Shown here: positions 42,909 through 54,643 of the stretch, in pieces | How positions within the stretch are numbered: position 1 is the first letter of the stretch | How the letters are laid out: every line of letters begins with the position of its first letter | Assembly (NCBI GenBank): GCA_965240325.2 | Contig: OZ251228.1 | Span: 2,294,001 to 2,358,000, forward strand | Length of the DNA: 64,000 nt | Origin: Rebecca billardiae RCC1528 | Taxonomy: Eukaryota > Protista > Haptophyta | Direction of reading: 5' to 3' | Made by a program: the position numbers and the translations under genes | Notes under the pieces: model-generated | Databases searched by the model: none | Seen by the model: only the letters and a program-made list of their open reading frames with translations | Told to the model about the DNA's origin: nothing

Positions 42909-44939
42909 ATGAAACCTCGATCTTGGAATCGCGCGGGCGTGGATCCGGTGAACTGGCGCGGCCCGGCGGACGAGCTCGCCGCACCACGCGCGCCCGTCCG
43001 GGTGACGCTGCCGGGCGACGCGCGCGCCAGCCGGTGCGCTGTGCACAAGCTGGCCGGCATGGTCGACGTGAAGAGCCGCAAGTGTGATCACACCGGCTGC
43101 ACCACGCTGCCTTCATTCGGCATGCTGGGCGACGCGCGCGCCAGCCGGTGCGGTACGCACAAGCTGGCCGGCATGGTCAACGTGGTGAGCCGCAAGTGTG
43201 ATCACACCGGCTGCACCAAGCAGCCTTCGTTCGGCATGCCGGGCGACGCGCGCGCCAGCCGGTGCGGTACGCACAAGCTGGCCGGCATGGTCGACGTGAA
43301 GAGCCGCAAGTGTGATCACACCGGCTGCACCAAGCAGCCTTCGTTCGGCATGCCGGGCGACGCGCGCGCCAGCCGGTGCGCTACGCACAAGCTGGCCGGC
43401 ATGGTCGACGTGAAGAGCCGCAAGTGTGATCACACCGGCTGCACCAAGCAGCCTAACTTCGGCATGCTGGGCGACGCGCGCGCCAGCCGGTGCGGTACGC
43501 ACAAGCTGGCCGGCATGGTCAACGTGGTGAGCCGCAAGTGTGATCACACCGGCTGCACCAAGCAGCCTTCGTTCGGCATGCCGGGCGACGCGCGCGCCAG
43601 CCGGTGCACTACGCACAAGCTGGCCGGCATGGTCGACGTGAAGAGCCGCAAGTGTGATCACACCGGCTGCACCAAGCAGCCTAACTTCGGCATGCTGGGC
43701 GACGCACGCGCCAGCCGGTGCGCTGCGCACAAGCTGGCCGGCATGGTCGACGTGAAGCACCCCACGTGTGATCACACCGGCTGCACCAAGCAGCCTTCGT
43801 TCGGCATGCCGGGCGACGCGCGCGCCAGCCGGTGCACTACGCACAAGCTGGCCGGCATGGTCGACGTGAAGAGCCACAAGTGTGATCACACGGGCTGCAC
43901 CAAGGGGCCTTCATTCGGCATGCCGGGTGACACGCGCGCCAGCCGGTGCGCTGCGCACAAGCTGGCCGGCATGGTCGACGTGAAGAGCCACAAGTGTGAT
44001 CACACGGGCTGCACCAAGTGGCCTTCGTTCGGCATGCCGGGCGACGCGCGCGCCAGCCGGTGCGCTGCGCACAAGCTGGCCGGCATGGTCGACGTGAAGA
44101 GCCGCAAGTGTGATCACGCGGGCTGCACCAAGGGGCCTTCGTTCGGCATGCCGGGCGACGCGCGCGCCAGCCGGTGCGGTACGCACAAGCTGGCCGGCAT
44201 GGTCGACGTGAAGAGCCGCAAGTGTGATCACACCGGCTGCACCAAGAAGCCTCACTTCGGCATGCCGGGCGAGCGGCGCGCCAGCCGGTGCGGTACGCAC
44301 AAGCTGGCCGGCATGGTCGACGTGAAGAGCCGCAAGTGTGATCACACCGGCTGCACCAAGAAGCCTCACTTCGGCATGCCGGGCGAGCGGCGCGCCAGCC
44401 GGTGCGCTACGCACAAGCTGGCCGGAATGGTCGACGTTAAGAACCCCAAGTGTGATCACACTGGCTGCACCGCACGGCCTTCTTTCGGCATGCTGGGCGA
44501 CGCGCGCGCCAGCCGGTGCGCTGTGCACAAGCTGGCCGGCATGGTCGACGTAGTGAGCCGCAAGTGTGATCACACGGGCTGCACCAAGTGTCCTTCGTTC
44601 GGCATGCTGGGTGACGCGCGCGCCAGCCGGTGCGCTGTGCACAAGCTGGCCGGCATGGTTAACACTCGGCTCGCCGTCCTCAAGCGCAGGCTGGAGCATG
44701 GCACCGGCGACCAGGGCACGCGTGCAGCGAAGCGACAGCACAAACGCACCAGCCGCATTGCCACCGTCTCGGACTCCGCCCCGCAGCTGCCTGAACTGCC
44801 GCCGCTGGTCGGGAGACTCGAGAGAGGCAACGGGGCGGATTGCCGAACGCCGCCACACGACGATGGTGACACAGATGATGAGTCTCACCATTGGACGGTG
44901 ATGGCATCCGATCTGTCATCCCCTTACTTCCGACGATGA
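42909..44939 (+). CDS. EsV-1-7-type repeat protein, copy 4 (14 repeats)
   Basis: Same repeat; tail VLKRRL..AAKRQHKR..DDGDTDDESHHW; in-frame ATG at 42909 is a tentative start. Confidence 0.82.
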   Translation: MKPRSWNRAGVDPVNWRGPADELAAPRAPVRVTLPGDARASRCAVHKLAGMVDVKSRKCDHTGCTTLPSFGMLGDARASRCGTHKLAGMVNVVSRKCDHTGCTKQPSFGMPGDARASRCGTHKLAGMVDVKSRKCDHTGCTKQPSFGMPGDARASRCATHKLAGMVDVKSRKCDHTGCTKQPNFGMLGDARASRCGTHKLAGMVNVVSRKCDHTGCTKQPSFGMPGDARASRCTTHKLAGMVDVKSRKCDHTGCTKQPNFGMLGDARASRCAAHKLAGMVDVKHPTCDHTGCTKQPSFGMPGDARASRCTTHKLAGMVDVKSHKCDHTGCTKGPSFGMPGDTRASRCAAHKLAGMVDVKSHKCDHTGCTKWPSFGMPGDARASRCAAHKLAGMVDVKSRKCDHAGCTKGPSFGMPGDARASRCGTHKLAGMVDVKSRKCDHTGCTKKPHFGMPGERRASRCGTHKLAGMVDVKSRKCDHTGCTKKPHFGMPGERRASRCATHKLAGMVDVKNPKCDHTGCTARPSFGMLGDARASRCAVHKLAGMVDVVSRKCDHTGCTKCPSFGMLGDARASRCAVHKLAGMVNTRLAVLKRRLEHGTGDQGTRAAKRQHKRTSRIATVSDSAPQLPELPPLVGRLERGNGADCRTPPHDDGDTDDESHHWTVMASDLSSPYFRR

Positions 44940-45654
44940 TGATTAATTCCGATGATGCTGATGCGCATGATGCTGTCTTTGATGATCTCCGCGCCCTCGA
45001 CTCCGCTCTCGGATAGCACGTACGTAGTAGTAGCAGTACAGTCCTCTTTTATCTCCGGTTAATAATAAGTAAGTATAGCACGGCGGCGGGCCCGCGGGCC
45101 CCGCGGCGGGCCGGTGGCCGTAAGCTACACGGGGGGGCGGGGCCCCGGGCAGGGGACTGCTGTCTGTGAGGAGCTCGCTGATGCTGCGCTGCTGCTGATG
45201 ATCTAATCCTGCCGGGATATCTCGTCAGGCTCATCCGATACGACGTCATACGATGATGACGACGATGTCATCCGAGTATATATGACTCGCGACAGCTAGC
45301 TGCTACTACTTTAGATTATTTACTTATGATACATTCGATATCCGGGCTCCGGCGCGATACATCGAAATCGTCCTGTCCGTCCAGGTTACTGATGCCTGAT
45401 GGCGATGCGGTGATGTCGTCATCACGGTGTGACTCGGGCTCGGCCACACGGACGGTTGGTTAGCTACTGCTCAGTGCTCACTCAGTCACTGAGTCACTGC
45501 TGCTGCACTTGTTCGCGGAGTCCCTCCGGTCCCGGATCAGCTTGGAGTGGTATTTTGTAAGCCCCTTGGTTCCACTGTCCGGCCCAGACCGGATTCGCTG
45601 ACTGGACTCTGGAGTAGCGGACCGTCCGAAGCGTCACGGAAAATTCCGTTGCTG

Positions 45655-45656
<2 letters not shown>

Positions 45657-45725
<69 letters not shown>
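45657..45725 (+). repeat. (CT)n microsatellite
   Basis: Direct observation. Confidence 0.97.
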
Positions 45726-45726
<1 letters not shown>

Positions 45727-46682
45727 GATATAGATATAGATATAGTAGATATATAGTGGCCCTCAAGTTTAAGCGATGAAATCAAGCGGCGGCTCTGTCG
45801 TGATCGTCGGCGCTGAAGGTGAAGGCCGTGGTGCTGATGGCTGCGTACTTGGGGCTGATGCCCGCCCACAGTCACGTGTTCAGCCTTGCCGTGTCGTGCG
45901 GGAGGCGGCGGTAGCGTGCGCTGAAAGTAGATGCAGCCGATCGGCGAGCTCGACGGTAGCCGCGCGGCGGCCTCCCGACCAAGCCGTGTGAGGCATCCGC
46001 CGGCCTGCGCCTGCGAGTCCTCCGTGCGTGGAGCTAGGCTCCCACGCGTGGCCCGAGGCGTACGCGGGGTGCCGTCCGAGCGCGCCAGTGCACACCGAGC
46101 GCAGCAAGCTGGGCACCCTGCGAGGCAGGAGCATGCAATCGAGCGAGCGCTGCCCACGAGCTGAGCCTGTCGAGCCGCTGGCACAGCCCGGCGCGGCAGC
46201 TGCGCGAAAGTCTGTGGTGCGCCTGCACGTGGTCAAAGCACAAGCTCACACGCTGTGTGTGGACCAGGGACACAGAGCGTACGTGCATGCGCACCACGCT
46301 CGAATTTATTGCGTGCGCGGAGCGGCGCTGTGCGTGCACGACCCGATGCTGGTGCATGTGAGACCAGTCAGGTCTGTGCGCGATGGCCGCGGCCGCGCGA
46401 GCGCGCGCGTGCGCGACACAGCACACTTGCGGGCGAGCCGTGTGTCTGCGCAGACGTGGGTGCTCCCCGACCGTGCGCCACGAGCGAGAGAGCCGCCATG
46501 GTGCGCTCGTCACGGCGTGAGCGGGCGTGCAATCACGTAGTATAGCCAGCGAAGCGCGGACGCTTATTATGAACCTGAGGGGTACCCGTACTAGTACCAC
46601 TAGTGCCTAGTGAGTAGTGGCGTCGTGACCGCGTCATCAGCCGGCCTACTATAATATAGCAGCAGCTGGATGAGTGACGAGC

Positions 46683-46746
46683 ATATATATATATATATAT
46701 ATGTATGTATATATATATAGATAGATAGATAGATAGATAGATAGAT
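46683..46746 (+). repeat. (AT)n/(ATAG)n microsatellite
   Basis: Direct observation. Confidence 0.95.
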
Positions 46747-46862
46747 GCGTGATATTAACGGCGGCTGATGACGACGACGACTCGTAGTCGCGAGTTCGCA
46801 TGTGCGACGTCCATTCTGCGCATCACCCGCCGGCCGCCGATTGAGCTCACACGTCAATTCTG

Positions 46863-49800
46863 CTACATGGACGCCGCGCTGAGCACGCCCAGCTCGGCGC
46901 CCGCGCCCGCGCGCGCAGAGACGGTGCCCAGGCCGCCGAGCGCCGGGCGCTCGCCGATGTCGACGGCCTCGACGGTCTCGTCCTGCTCGGCCGCCATGAC
47001 GCGCGGCAGCGGGATCACCACGCGCTGCGCCGCCGGCGCGGCGAGCGCGTTCGCCTCCGCCTGCGCCTGCGAGAGCCGGTCGGTGAGGCGGCGCGTCGAC
47101 TTGCGCGTGTTGATGCGCGCGCGGTGCATCTTGGCCTGCGCGATCGAGCGCGTGCTCCCCGCCGCGGCCCACGAGCGGTGGAACGCCTCGCGCGAGCGCG
47201 AGACGCGCTCGGCGGTGCCCTCGCTCGAGCCCCTGCGGTCCTCCTCCTCCTCCGACCCGTCGCCGCCCGGCGCGGGGATCAGCCCGACGTGGCCGAGCGT
47301 CGGCAGCGGCGCGGCGGCGCGCTTGGGCGTGCGCGCGGGCGGCAGCGCGTGCGCCGACTCGGGCGTGCCGCGCGCCGCGGGGCGGCGCGGCGGCGGCGAG
47401 GCGCCGACGGTGAGCGGCCGGCCGTCCGGCCGCGAGCCGTCGTCGTACCGCGTGCGCAGCGTGCCGAACGCCGTGCCGTGGTACGAGATCGTCGAGAAGG
47501 CCTGCAGCGCCATCTCCTTGGCGCGCGCGCGCTCGGCCTCGAGCGCGACGCGCCGCTCATCAAACGCGGCGGCCGATTTCTCCAGCTCGGCCTCCATGCG
47601 CCGGAGGACGGCGACGCGCTCGGCGGGGTGCGGCGCGGCGAGCTCGCCGCGCACGCGCTCGAGCCGCTCGCGCGCGCGCTGCCCGCGCCGCTGCGCGCGC
47701 GCGCGCGCCTCGGCGTGGTCCGCGTCGCGCTGTGCGATCCTCTGCGCGATGAGCTGCAGGTCTGGCGCCCACGGCTTGGTCGGGCCGCCGTAGCCGGGGG
47801 TGAGCATGGCGAGCTCGAGCATGAGGTGCTCGTTCGCCGAGCCGAGCTGCAGCAGCTCCTTCTTGAGGTACAGCACCTCGAGGGCCTGCGCGGGGGGGGG
47901 GGGGGGGGGTCGCGGGTGGCGCGGGTGGCGCGGTCGGCGTGTGAGCACAAGCCAGCCCCGGCGCTGCGCGGCGCGGGCGGGCTCGGCGGCCGGCGCGGCG
48001 CGGGGCCGCGCGCGCCATTGTGGCAGCGCGCGCGCGCGCGCACCAGGTTGTCGTTCCGCGCCACCAGCTCCGCCTCAGCCGCGGCGTCGAGCATGGCAGC
48101 CGCGCCACCAGCCTCGGCCGTGGGCTCGGCAGCGGCAGAGGCGGTCGCACCGCCCAGCGCGGTCGAGTGCGCACCTCCTCCAGGCTCGGTGGGCGAGGCG
48201 GGTGCGGGCTCGGCCGCGGCGGCCGGCGCGCTGCGCTCGCGCGTGGGCTGCGGCGGAGCCTCGGGCTCCGGCGCCGCCGTCTGCGCCGCCGCGTCGGCCG
48301 CCGCGGCGGCAGCGGCGGGCTCTCCGCCGCCGCTCGCCGCCTCGGCCGCACCGAGCGCATCGGCCGCGGCCGCGCTCGGTGGCAGGGCCGAGGCGACGGG
48401 CGGTGCCGCCGGGTGCGCGCCGCCCGCGCCCTCCAGCTGCTGCGCCGCGCTCGGCGCGACGGCCGCGCCGCTGGCGGGCGCGGGCGGCGCGGCGGGCGGC
48501 GCGGGCGTGACGGGCGGCAGCGCTGCCGTGGGCGTGGGCGTGCGGAGCGTGGCCGCCGGGGCCACGCCGCCGCGCGCGGCCGGCGACGGCGGCGCGACGC
48601 CCGCGCGCGGCGAGCGCGCGCCCAAAAGCCCTGGGCTCGGTCGCGGGCTCGGTCGCGGGCTCGGGCTCGGTCGCGGGCTCGGCGCGGGGCTCGCGCGCGG
48701 CGTGCCGCCGCCCGCGCCCGCCTGCCGCGCCGCGCGCTCGATCGTCAGGTGCTCGATCCGCTTGTCCAGCACGCTCATGATGTGCGCGTCCGAGCTCAGA
48801 CGGTCCACCTCGGCGCCGAGCTCGGCCGCGCGCGCCTCGAGCTGCGCGCGCTCTGTCTCGAGGGCGGCGAGGGCGGCGGTGGTGAGGCTGGTCTGCGTCT
48901 GGGCGGGCGCGCTCGGCGGCTTGCCGAACGACGCGCCGCGCTTCATGCGGCCCGTGGGGCTCGAGGGCACCGAGGCGGAGACGCCCTGGCCGGGCGCGGC
49001 GAGCCGGCCGCCGCGCGCGCCGTCGGCGGCCGACGCGCCGCCCTCGCCGCCCTCGCCCTCCTCGTCCGCCATCGCGGCCTGCGCGGCCTGCGCGGCCTGG
49101 CGCTGCGCGAACATCTGCGCGGCGCCCATCAGCTGGTGCGAAGGGCGGTCCTCCTCCTTCCGCTTCTTCTGCAGCGCCGCGCGCGTCTCCGCCAGCTTCT
49201 CCTTCGTCTCCGCCAGCTGGCGCGAGAGCGTTTCCACCTCGGCGCGCGCCTCGGCGGCCGAGCGCTGCAGCCGCTCGTGTGCTGCGCGCGCGCGCGTCGC
49301 GCCCGTGTGCACCGCCTCGGCGAGCGTGGCGACGTGCGCGTTGGAGCGCGCGCGCAGCGCGGGCACGGTGGGCAGCGCGGCGGGCAGCAGCGCGTCCGGC
49401 TGCGCGGGGCTGCGCGCCAGCACCTCCTGCAGCTCCTTGAGCGCAGCGGACGCGCCCGCGTCCGCGCCGTCCGCGCCCGCGTCCGCGCCGTCCGCCTCCT
49501 CCGAGCCCTCGGGCAGCAGCAGCGACTTGGCCTCGGCGGCGAGCTCGGCGGTGCGCGCGCGCAGCGCGTCGGCGGCCTGCACCTCCGAGATCGCCGTGAG
49601 GCGGAGCTGCCGGCGCAGCGCGCGCTGCGCGTGCCGCAGCGCCGCCACCGGCGCGGCCAGCGCCGAGCGCGCGTGCACGGCGGCCAGCGGCTTGCCCGCC
49701 GCCTCCGCCTCGGCGGCCTCGGCCTCCGCCTCGGTCTTGAGCGCCAGCGCCTCCTCCGCGCGGTCGGCGGGTGTCTGCGGCCGCGACGCCGCCGCCTTGG

Positions 49801-52800
49801 TGCTCTCCGCCGCCCCCGCCGAGCGCCGCGCGCGCACGAACGTCGCCATCGCCTCCTCGAGCGCAACACCCTCTCGCAGCGCGGCCGCGGCCGCGCGCGT
49901 GTCCGCGCGCGACGCGTCGAGCTCGGCCTCGAGCGACTTGATCTTCTCGCGCGCGCCCTCGCCCGCGGCGGCGGAGAGCAGCTGCACCGCCTCGTCGCGC
50001 TGCCTCGAGACCGAGCTCACGCTCGCCTCCGCGCGCGCCTCCGCCTCCTCCAGGGCCACGCGTCCATCCTCCTCCGCGCGTCGCGCGTCCTCGCGCGCAC
50101 TCTCGAGCTGCGAGCGGAGCACGACGCTCAGCGCGCCGGTCTCGGCGACGCGCGCGCGCAGCTCGCGCGCGGCGGAGGCGGCGTCGGCGAGCTCGGCGTC
50201 CGCGCCGCGCAGCGCGTCGAGCACGCACGCGGCGCGCGCGCGCGCCTCCGCGCCGGCCGCGCGCGCGGCGCCGAGCTCGCCCGCGAGCGCAGACAGGCGA
50301 TCTTCAGACTCCCCGCGTCCGGCGCTGGCGACGGCCGCCTCGGCCTCGGCGCGCGCGGCGTCGAGCTCGGTCGAGCGCGCGTCGAGCTCGGCGGAGAGCG
50401 CGGCGCGCTCGCGCTCGAGCGCGCTCGCGCGCCCCTCCGCCTCGCGCAGCTGCGAGGACAGCTCATGCAGCTCGGCCGCGCGCTGCGCGGCGGCCCGCTC
50501 CGCGTCCGCCGCGCGCCCCTCCGCGTCCGCCGCGAGCGCGTGCGCCTCCTCCGACGTGCGGCGAGAGCCCGCGGCGGACGCGGCGGCGGCTGGCGAGCCG
50601 TGCGCGCCGTCGGAGCCGCCGGCGCGCTCGGCGCTCGAGCCGCCGAGCGCGACGTCCCCGGGCTGCGCACGTCGCACCGCGCCGCCGCCGCCGCCGTCGG
50701 GCGGCGCGTCGACACCGAGCGCGCGCGCGTTGGCGCGCTCGAGCGCCAGGCGCACGGACTCGGCGACGTGCACGGAGAGGAGGGAGCGGCGGTGCGGGTG
50801 CTGGCGGGTAGGGTAGGGCTGCTCGCGCGGGGGCGCGCCGTCCTCGAGCGCGCGCATCCGCCTGCGGTGCTCCTCGCCGCCCGCCTGCTCCGACGGCTCG
50901 GCCGAGGCGGGCGCCGCCGCGCCCGCCGCCGCGCCCGCCGCCGCGCCGCCGCCCGCCGCCTCCGCCGCGAGCGCGGCCACCGCCGCGACCGCCTCGTCCT
51001 CGCCCCACGCGCCGCCCTCGCCCTCCTCCTCCTCGTACACCACCACCTCCTCGTCCTCCGACGACGCGCCGCCGAGCACCTGCTCGCGCCAGAACGCCTC
51101 GAGGTCGGCGCGGCGCGGGCCGACGCGCGCGCGCTCGGTCGACAGCGGACCGCCCTCCCCGTCCGAGTAGACGGCGGGAGCGCCGCCGAGGGCGAGGGGC
51201 GGCGTGCGCGGGACGGGCTCGGCGCCGCGCGGCGCGGCCGCGTGGCCCTCGCCCGCGCGCGCCGCGCCCGCGCCCTGCTGCCCCGAGCCGCCGACGGGCG
51301 TGGGCGCGAGCAGCGCCGCTGCCTTGGCCGCCAGCAGCTCCGACTCCGCTCGGTCGAGCCGAGCGCGCAGCGCGCTCGCGTCCGCGCGCGCGCCGTCCGC
51401 CTGCCGGCCGAGCTCGGCCTGCATCTCCTCGATGCGCGAGAGCAGCGTGCGGTTGTCCTCCTTCAGGTCGTGCGCCTCCTGCGCGTGCAGAAACCCCGCC
51501 GCGGTGGCGGAGTGCGCCTCGGCGAGCAGCGAGACGACGCGCCGCGCCTCGGACTCTGCCGCGCCCACCTCGTTCACGAACATCGAGCGGAGCATCTCGG
51601 AGGCGGCGCGCGCCGCGGCGGCGTGCGCGCGCGCCTCGGCCAGCGCGTGCGCGTGCTCCGCGCCCTTCGCCTGCAGCTGCAGCGCGACCAGCGCCTCCGC
51701 GCCCGCGTCCGCCTCCTCGCGCGCGCTCTGGCGCGCCGCGTCCGCGTCCGCGCGCGCGGCGCCGAGCTCGGCCTCGAGCTCGGCCACGCGCTGTCGCAGC
51801 GCCTCCGCCTCCTCGCGCGCGTCGGCGAGCGCGCCGTCGGTGGCGGAGTGCTCGGCGAGCCGCGCCTCGAGGTTGTCCGCGCGCCGGCGCTGCGCCTCCG
51901 CCTCCGCCTCCGCGCCGTCGGCGCGCGCGCGCTCGTCGTCGGCGCGCGCGCGCCACTCCGCCTCCGCCTCGCCAAAGCGCGCGTCGACCGCGTCCGCGTG
52001 CGCCTTCGCGTCGGTGGCGCGCTTGGCGGCGGCGTCGCTCGCCGCGCGCACCTCGACGAGCATCGCCTCCAGCTCGTCCACCCGCGCCTGCGAGCCGCCG
52101 CCCTCCGCGTCGCGCTGCGCCAGCTCCGCCTCGAGGCCGGAGAGCGCCTCGCGCTGGTCGCGTGCCTCCTTGCGCTCGCGCGCGAGCTCGTCGCGCGTGC
52201 GCTTGAGCTCGGCGTCGGCCTTGTGCAGCGCGAGCTTCGACTCGGTCGCGGCCGAGGCGACGCGCAGCGCCGCCTCGCGCACGTCGTTCTCGGCCGCCTG
52301 CAGCTCGGCGAGCGAGAGCTCCCGGTCCACGCCGAGCTCGGCGAGCCCGCCCTGCAGGTCTGCGATTGCGTTGTGCAGCTTGGCGATCTCGACCTCGGAC
52401 TGCGCGAGCTCGCCGAGCCGCGACTGGAGGTGCGAGACCTGCCCCGCGTGCGCGCGGCGCAGCCTGCTCGCGCCCGCCGCCTGCGCCCGGCGCACCTCCT
52501 CGCTCAGCTCCCCCGCGCTCGGCCCCGCCAGCACCTGCTCCAGCTCCTCGAGGTCGGAGAGCGCCTCGCGCTCATCAAACCGGGAGAGCGTGTCAAAGTG
52601 CTTCGAGTCGAGGGGCACGTCGGCGCCGCGGATCTCGCGCTGCGCGAGGGCGGGGGCGGGCGCGCGCGGGGCGGGGGCGGGGGCGGGGCGGGGGGCGGCG
52701 CCAGCGCGCGCAGCGCGACCGAGCGACGTCAGCGCGCGCGCGTGTCGCGCGCGCCGCGCCGCGCGCGCCGCGCCGCGCGCACCAGCGTGGCGGCGCGCTC

Positions 52801-53460
52801 GTTGCACAGCCGCTTGTAGTCGATCACCTTGACGAGCAGCGTCTCCTTCGCGTCGAGCAGCCGCGCCGCCGCGCCGTTCACGTACGCGTGGTGCAGCTCC
52901 TCAAACTCGAGGTCGTCGTCCTCGTACTCGCGGCCCTGCGAGTGCGCGGCCGCGCGGAGCGAGCGCGCGTTCTCGAGCGCGCGCGCGCGGCGGTCCGCCT
53001 CCTCGCTCGTCGCGGCGTCGTACGCCTCGAGCACCTTCGAGATCCGCTGCTCCACCAGCTGCAGCTCGCCCTCCGCCACCATGTCCTCGAAGATCTCCTT
53101 CGCCTCCACGTGCTCGGTGATGCCGCGCACGGGCTTGAGCGCGAGCGGGCGCCCGCTGTACTTGGACGCGGCGCTCTGGCTCGTTCGGCCCCACCGGCTC
53201 CCGGTGCTCCGGCCGCCCTGCGACACGTTGGTCGGCGTGGGCGAGGGCGGCGGCAGGCCCGACTCGTGCAGCGACGTCGCCTGCACGTCGAGCGTCGCGC
53301 CGCGCGCGCGCTGGCCCTGCACAGCCATGCTCCGCCGGGTGCGCGAAGTCGACGCAGGCGCGGGCGAGGCCGCCGCGCCCGGCGTGCGCGATCGCGCCGC
53401 CGGCGAGCGCGACGGCGAGCGCGAAGCCGATCCCCGCGTGGCGGAGGGTCGGGTCGACAT
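46863..53460 (-). CDS. Large (~2100 aa) Ala/Glu-rich coiled-coil protein of unknown function; exons 53460-52783, 52639-48044 and 47885-46863
   Basis: Three ORFs joined in frame by gtgcgc...gcgcag introns; long heptad-like A/E/R/L stretches and Pro-rich linkers. Confidence 0.75.
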
Positions 53461-53587
53461 TGTGTGTGTGCGCTGGGTGCGCCACCCTCGGCCACCGTCC
53501 CACCGTCTTGCTCGTCGTTTCAGCACCCTTCAGTGACCCTGTAACAGATGCGCCTTGTACTAATCGACGAGCGCGCAACGATGGGCG

Positions 53588-54409
53588 ATGGCGGACCCGC
53601 ACGTACCGCAAGCCGGCCTCCTCGCCGCGACGGAGCACAACGGCATCATCGTCGATGAGCCGCTGCCTCCCGCGTCGCGCTTCGCGCTCAGCGATGGGCG
53701 CCCGGCGCGCGACGAGGACGGCGCGCCGCCCGCGGCGGACGGCGACGGCCCGGGCGCACCAGGGTCGTCGCGCCCCGGCGACGGCGCGCAGCCCCCGAGC
53801 GAGCGCGCTGGGCAGCACCGGCTGCGCTGGACGATCCGGCTGGCGCTCGTCCTCGCGCTGCTGCTCCTCCTGGGCGCCATCGGCCGCGCGTCCGGCGTAC
53901 GCCGCCTGCTGCGCGTGACGGTGCTACGCGAGCGCATCGGCGGCCTCGGCGCGGCCGCGCAGCTTCTCGGCGTGTGCGCGTTCGTGTGCGCGTTCTGCGT
54001 GGGCGAGCTGCTGCAGGTGCCCGCGCCGATCTTCATCATGATCGCCGCCGTCACGTGGGGCCGCTGGCTCGGCGCCCTCGTCGCGCACGTCGGCGCGCTC
54101 GCCGCAGTCGTCACCAGCCTGCTCGCCGTGCGGCTCGTCGGCGGCGAGCGGCTGGGCTCGCGCGTGCCGTCGCGCCGGCTGCAGCGCATGCTCGCCGAGC
54201 TCGAGCACGCGCCCGTGCGCGGGGTCGCGCTGATCTGGGCGTGCTGCTGGGTCGTGCCGTACATCAACTACGCCCTCGCGCTCTCGCCCGTCACGCTGCG
54301 CGAGTACGTGCTCGGCTCCGCGCTCGGGCTGGCGCCGTGGACGTGCGGACTCGCGTTTGCGTTTGACGCGGCGCTGCCGCTGCTCGAGAGGGCGGGGGTG
54401 GTGACGTGA
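53588..54409 (+). CDS. VTT/DedA (TVP38/TMEM64-like) membrane protein
   Basis: Hydrophobic helices, VPAPIFIMIAAVTWG, VPYINYALALSPVTLREYVLGSALGLAP. Confidence 0.82.
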   Translation: MADPHVPQAGLLAATEHNGIIVDEPLPPASRFALSDGRPARDEDGAPPAADGDGPGAPGSSRPGDGAQPPSERAGQHRLRWTIRLALVLALLLLLGAIGRASGVRRLLRVTVLRERIGGLGAAAQLLGVCAFVCAFCVGELLQVPAPIFIMIAAVTWGRWLGALVAHVGALAAVVTSLLAVRLVGGERLGSRVPSRRLQRMLAELEHAPVRGVALIWACCWVVPYINYALALSPVTLREYVLGSALGLAPWTCGLAFAFDAALPLLERAGVVT

Positions 54410-54643
54410 GCACCGCGGCGCGCGGGCGGAGCGCGCGCCTGCTGATGCGGGCATCGCCGCCATCTAGCTCGCCGCGCGCGCGCGCTGACGGTCACAGTCG
54501 CACTCGGCGTACACCACTGGCGGTCGAGACATCACATATGAGTATTCTACCCCGCACTCGGTGTTAGGCAAGGTCCGGAGAGGTATTGAGGACTGATGAG
54601 GAGGGAGGAGGGCGCACCTCCCCGGGGGCGCCGGACGGCAGCG

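Noticed and set aside
45780-46560. Protein-coding gene
   Set aside because: No frame has recognisable motifs or a consistent splice structure.
47124-52819. Long + strand ORFs (1230 and 1599 aa) and similar shadow ORFs such as 378-2303 and 23372-25129
   Set aside because: These are antisense or alternative frames of GC-rich genes, where stop codons are scarce.
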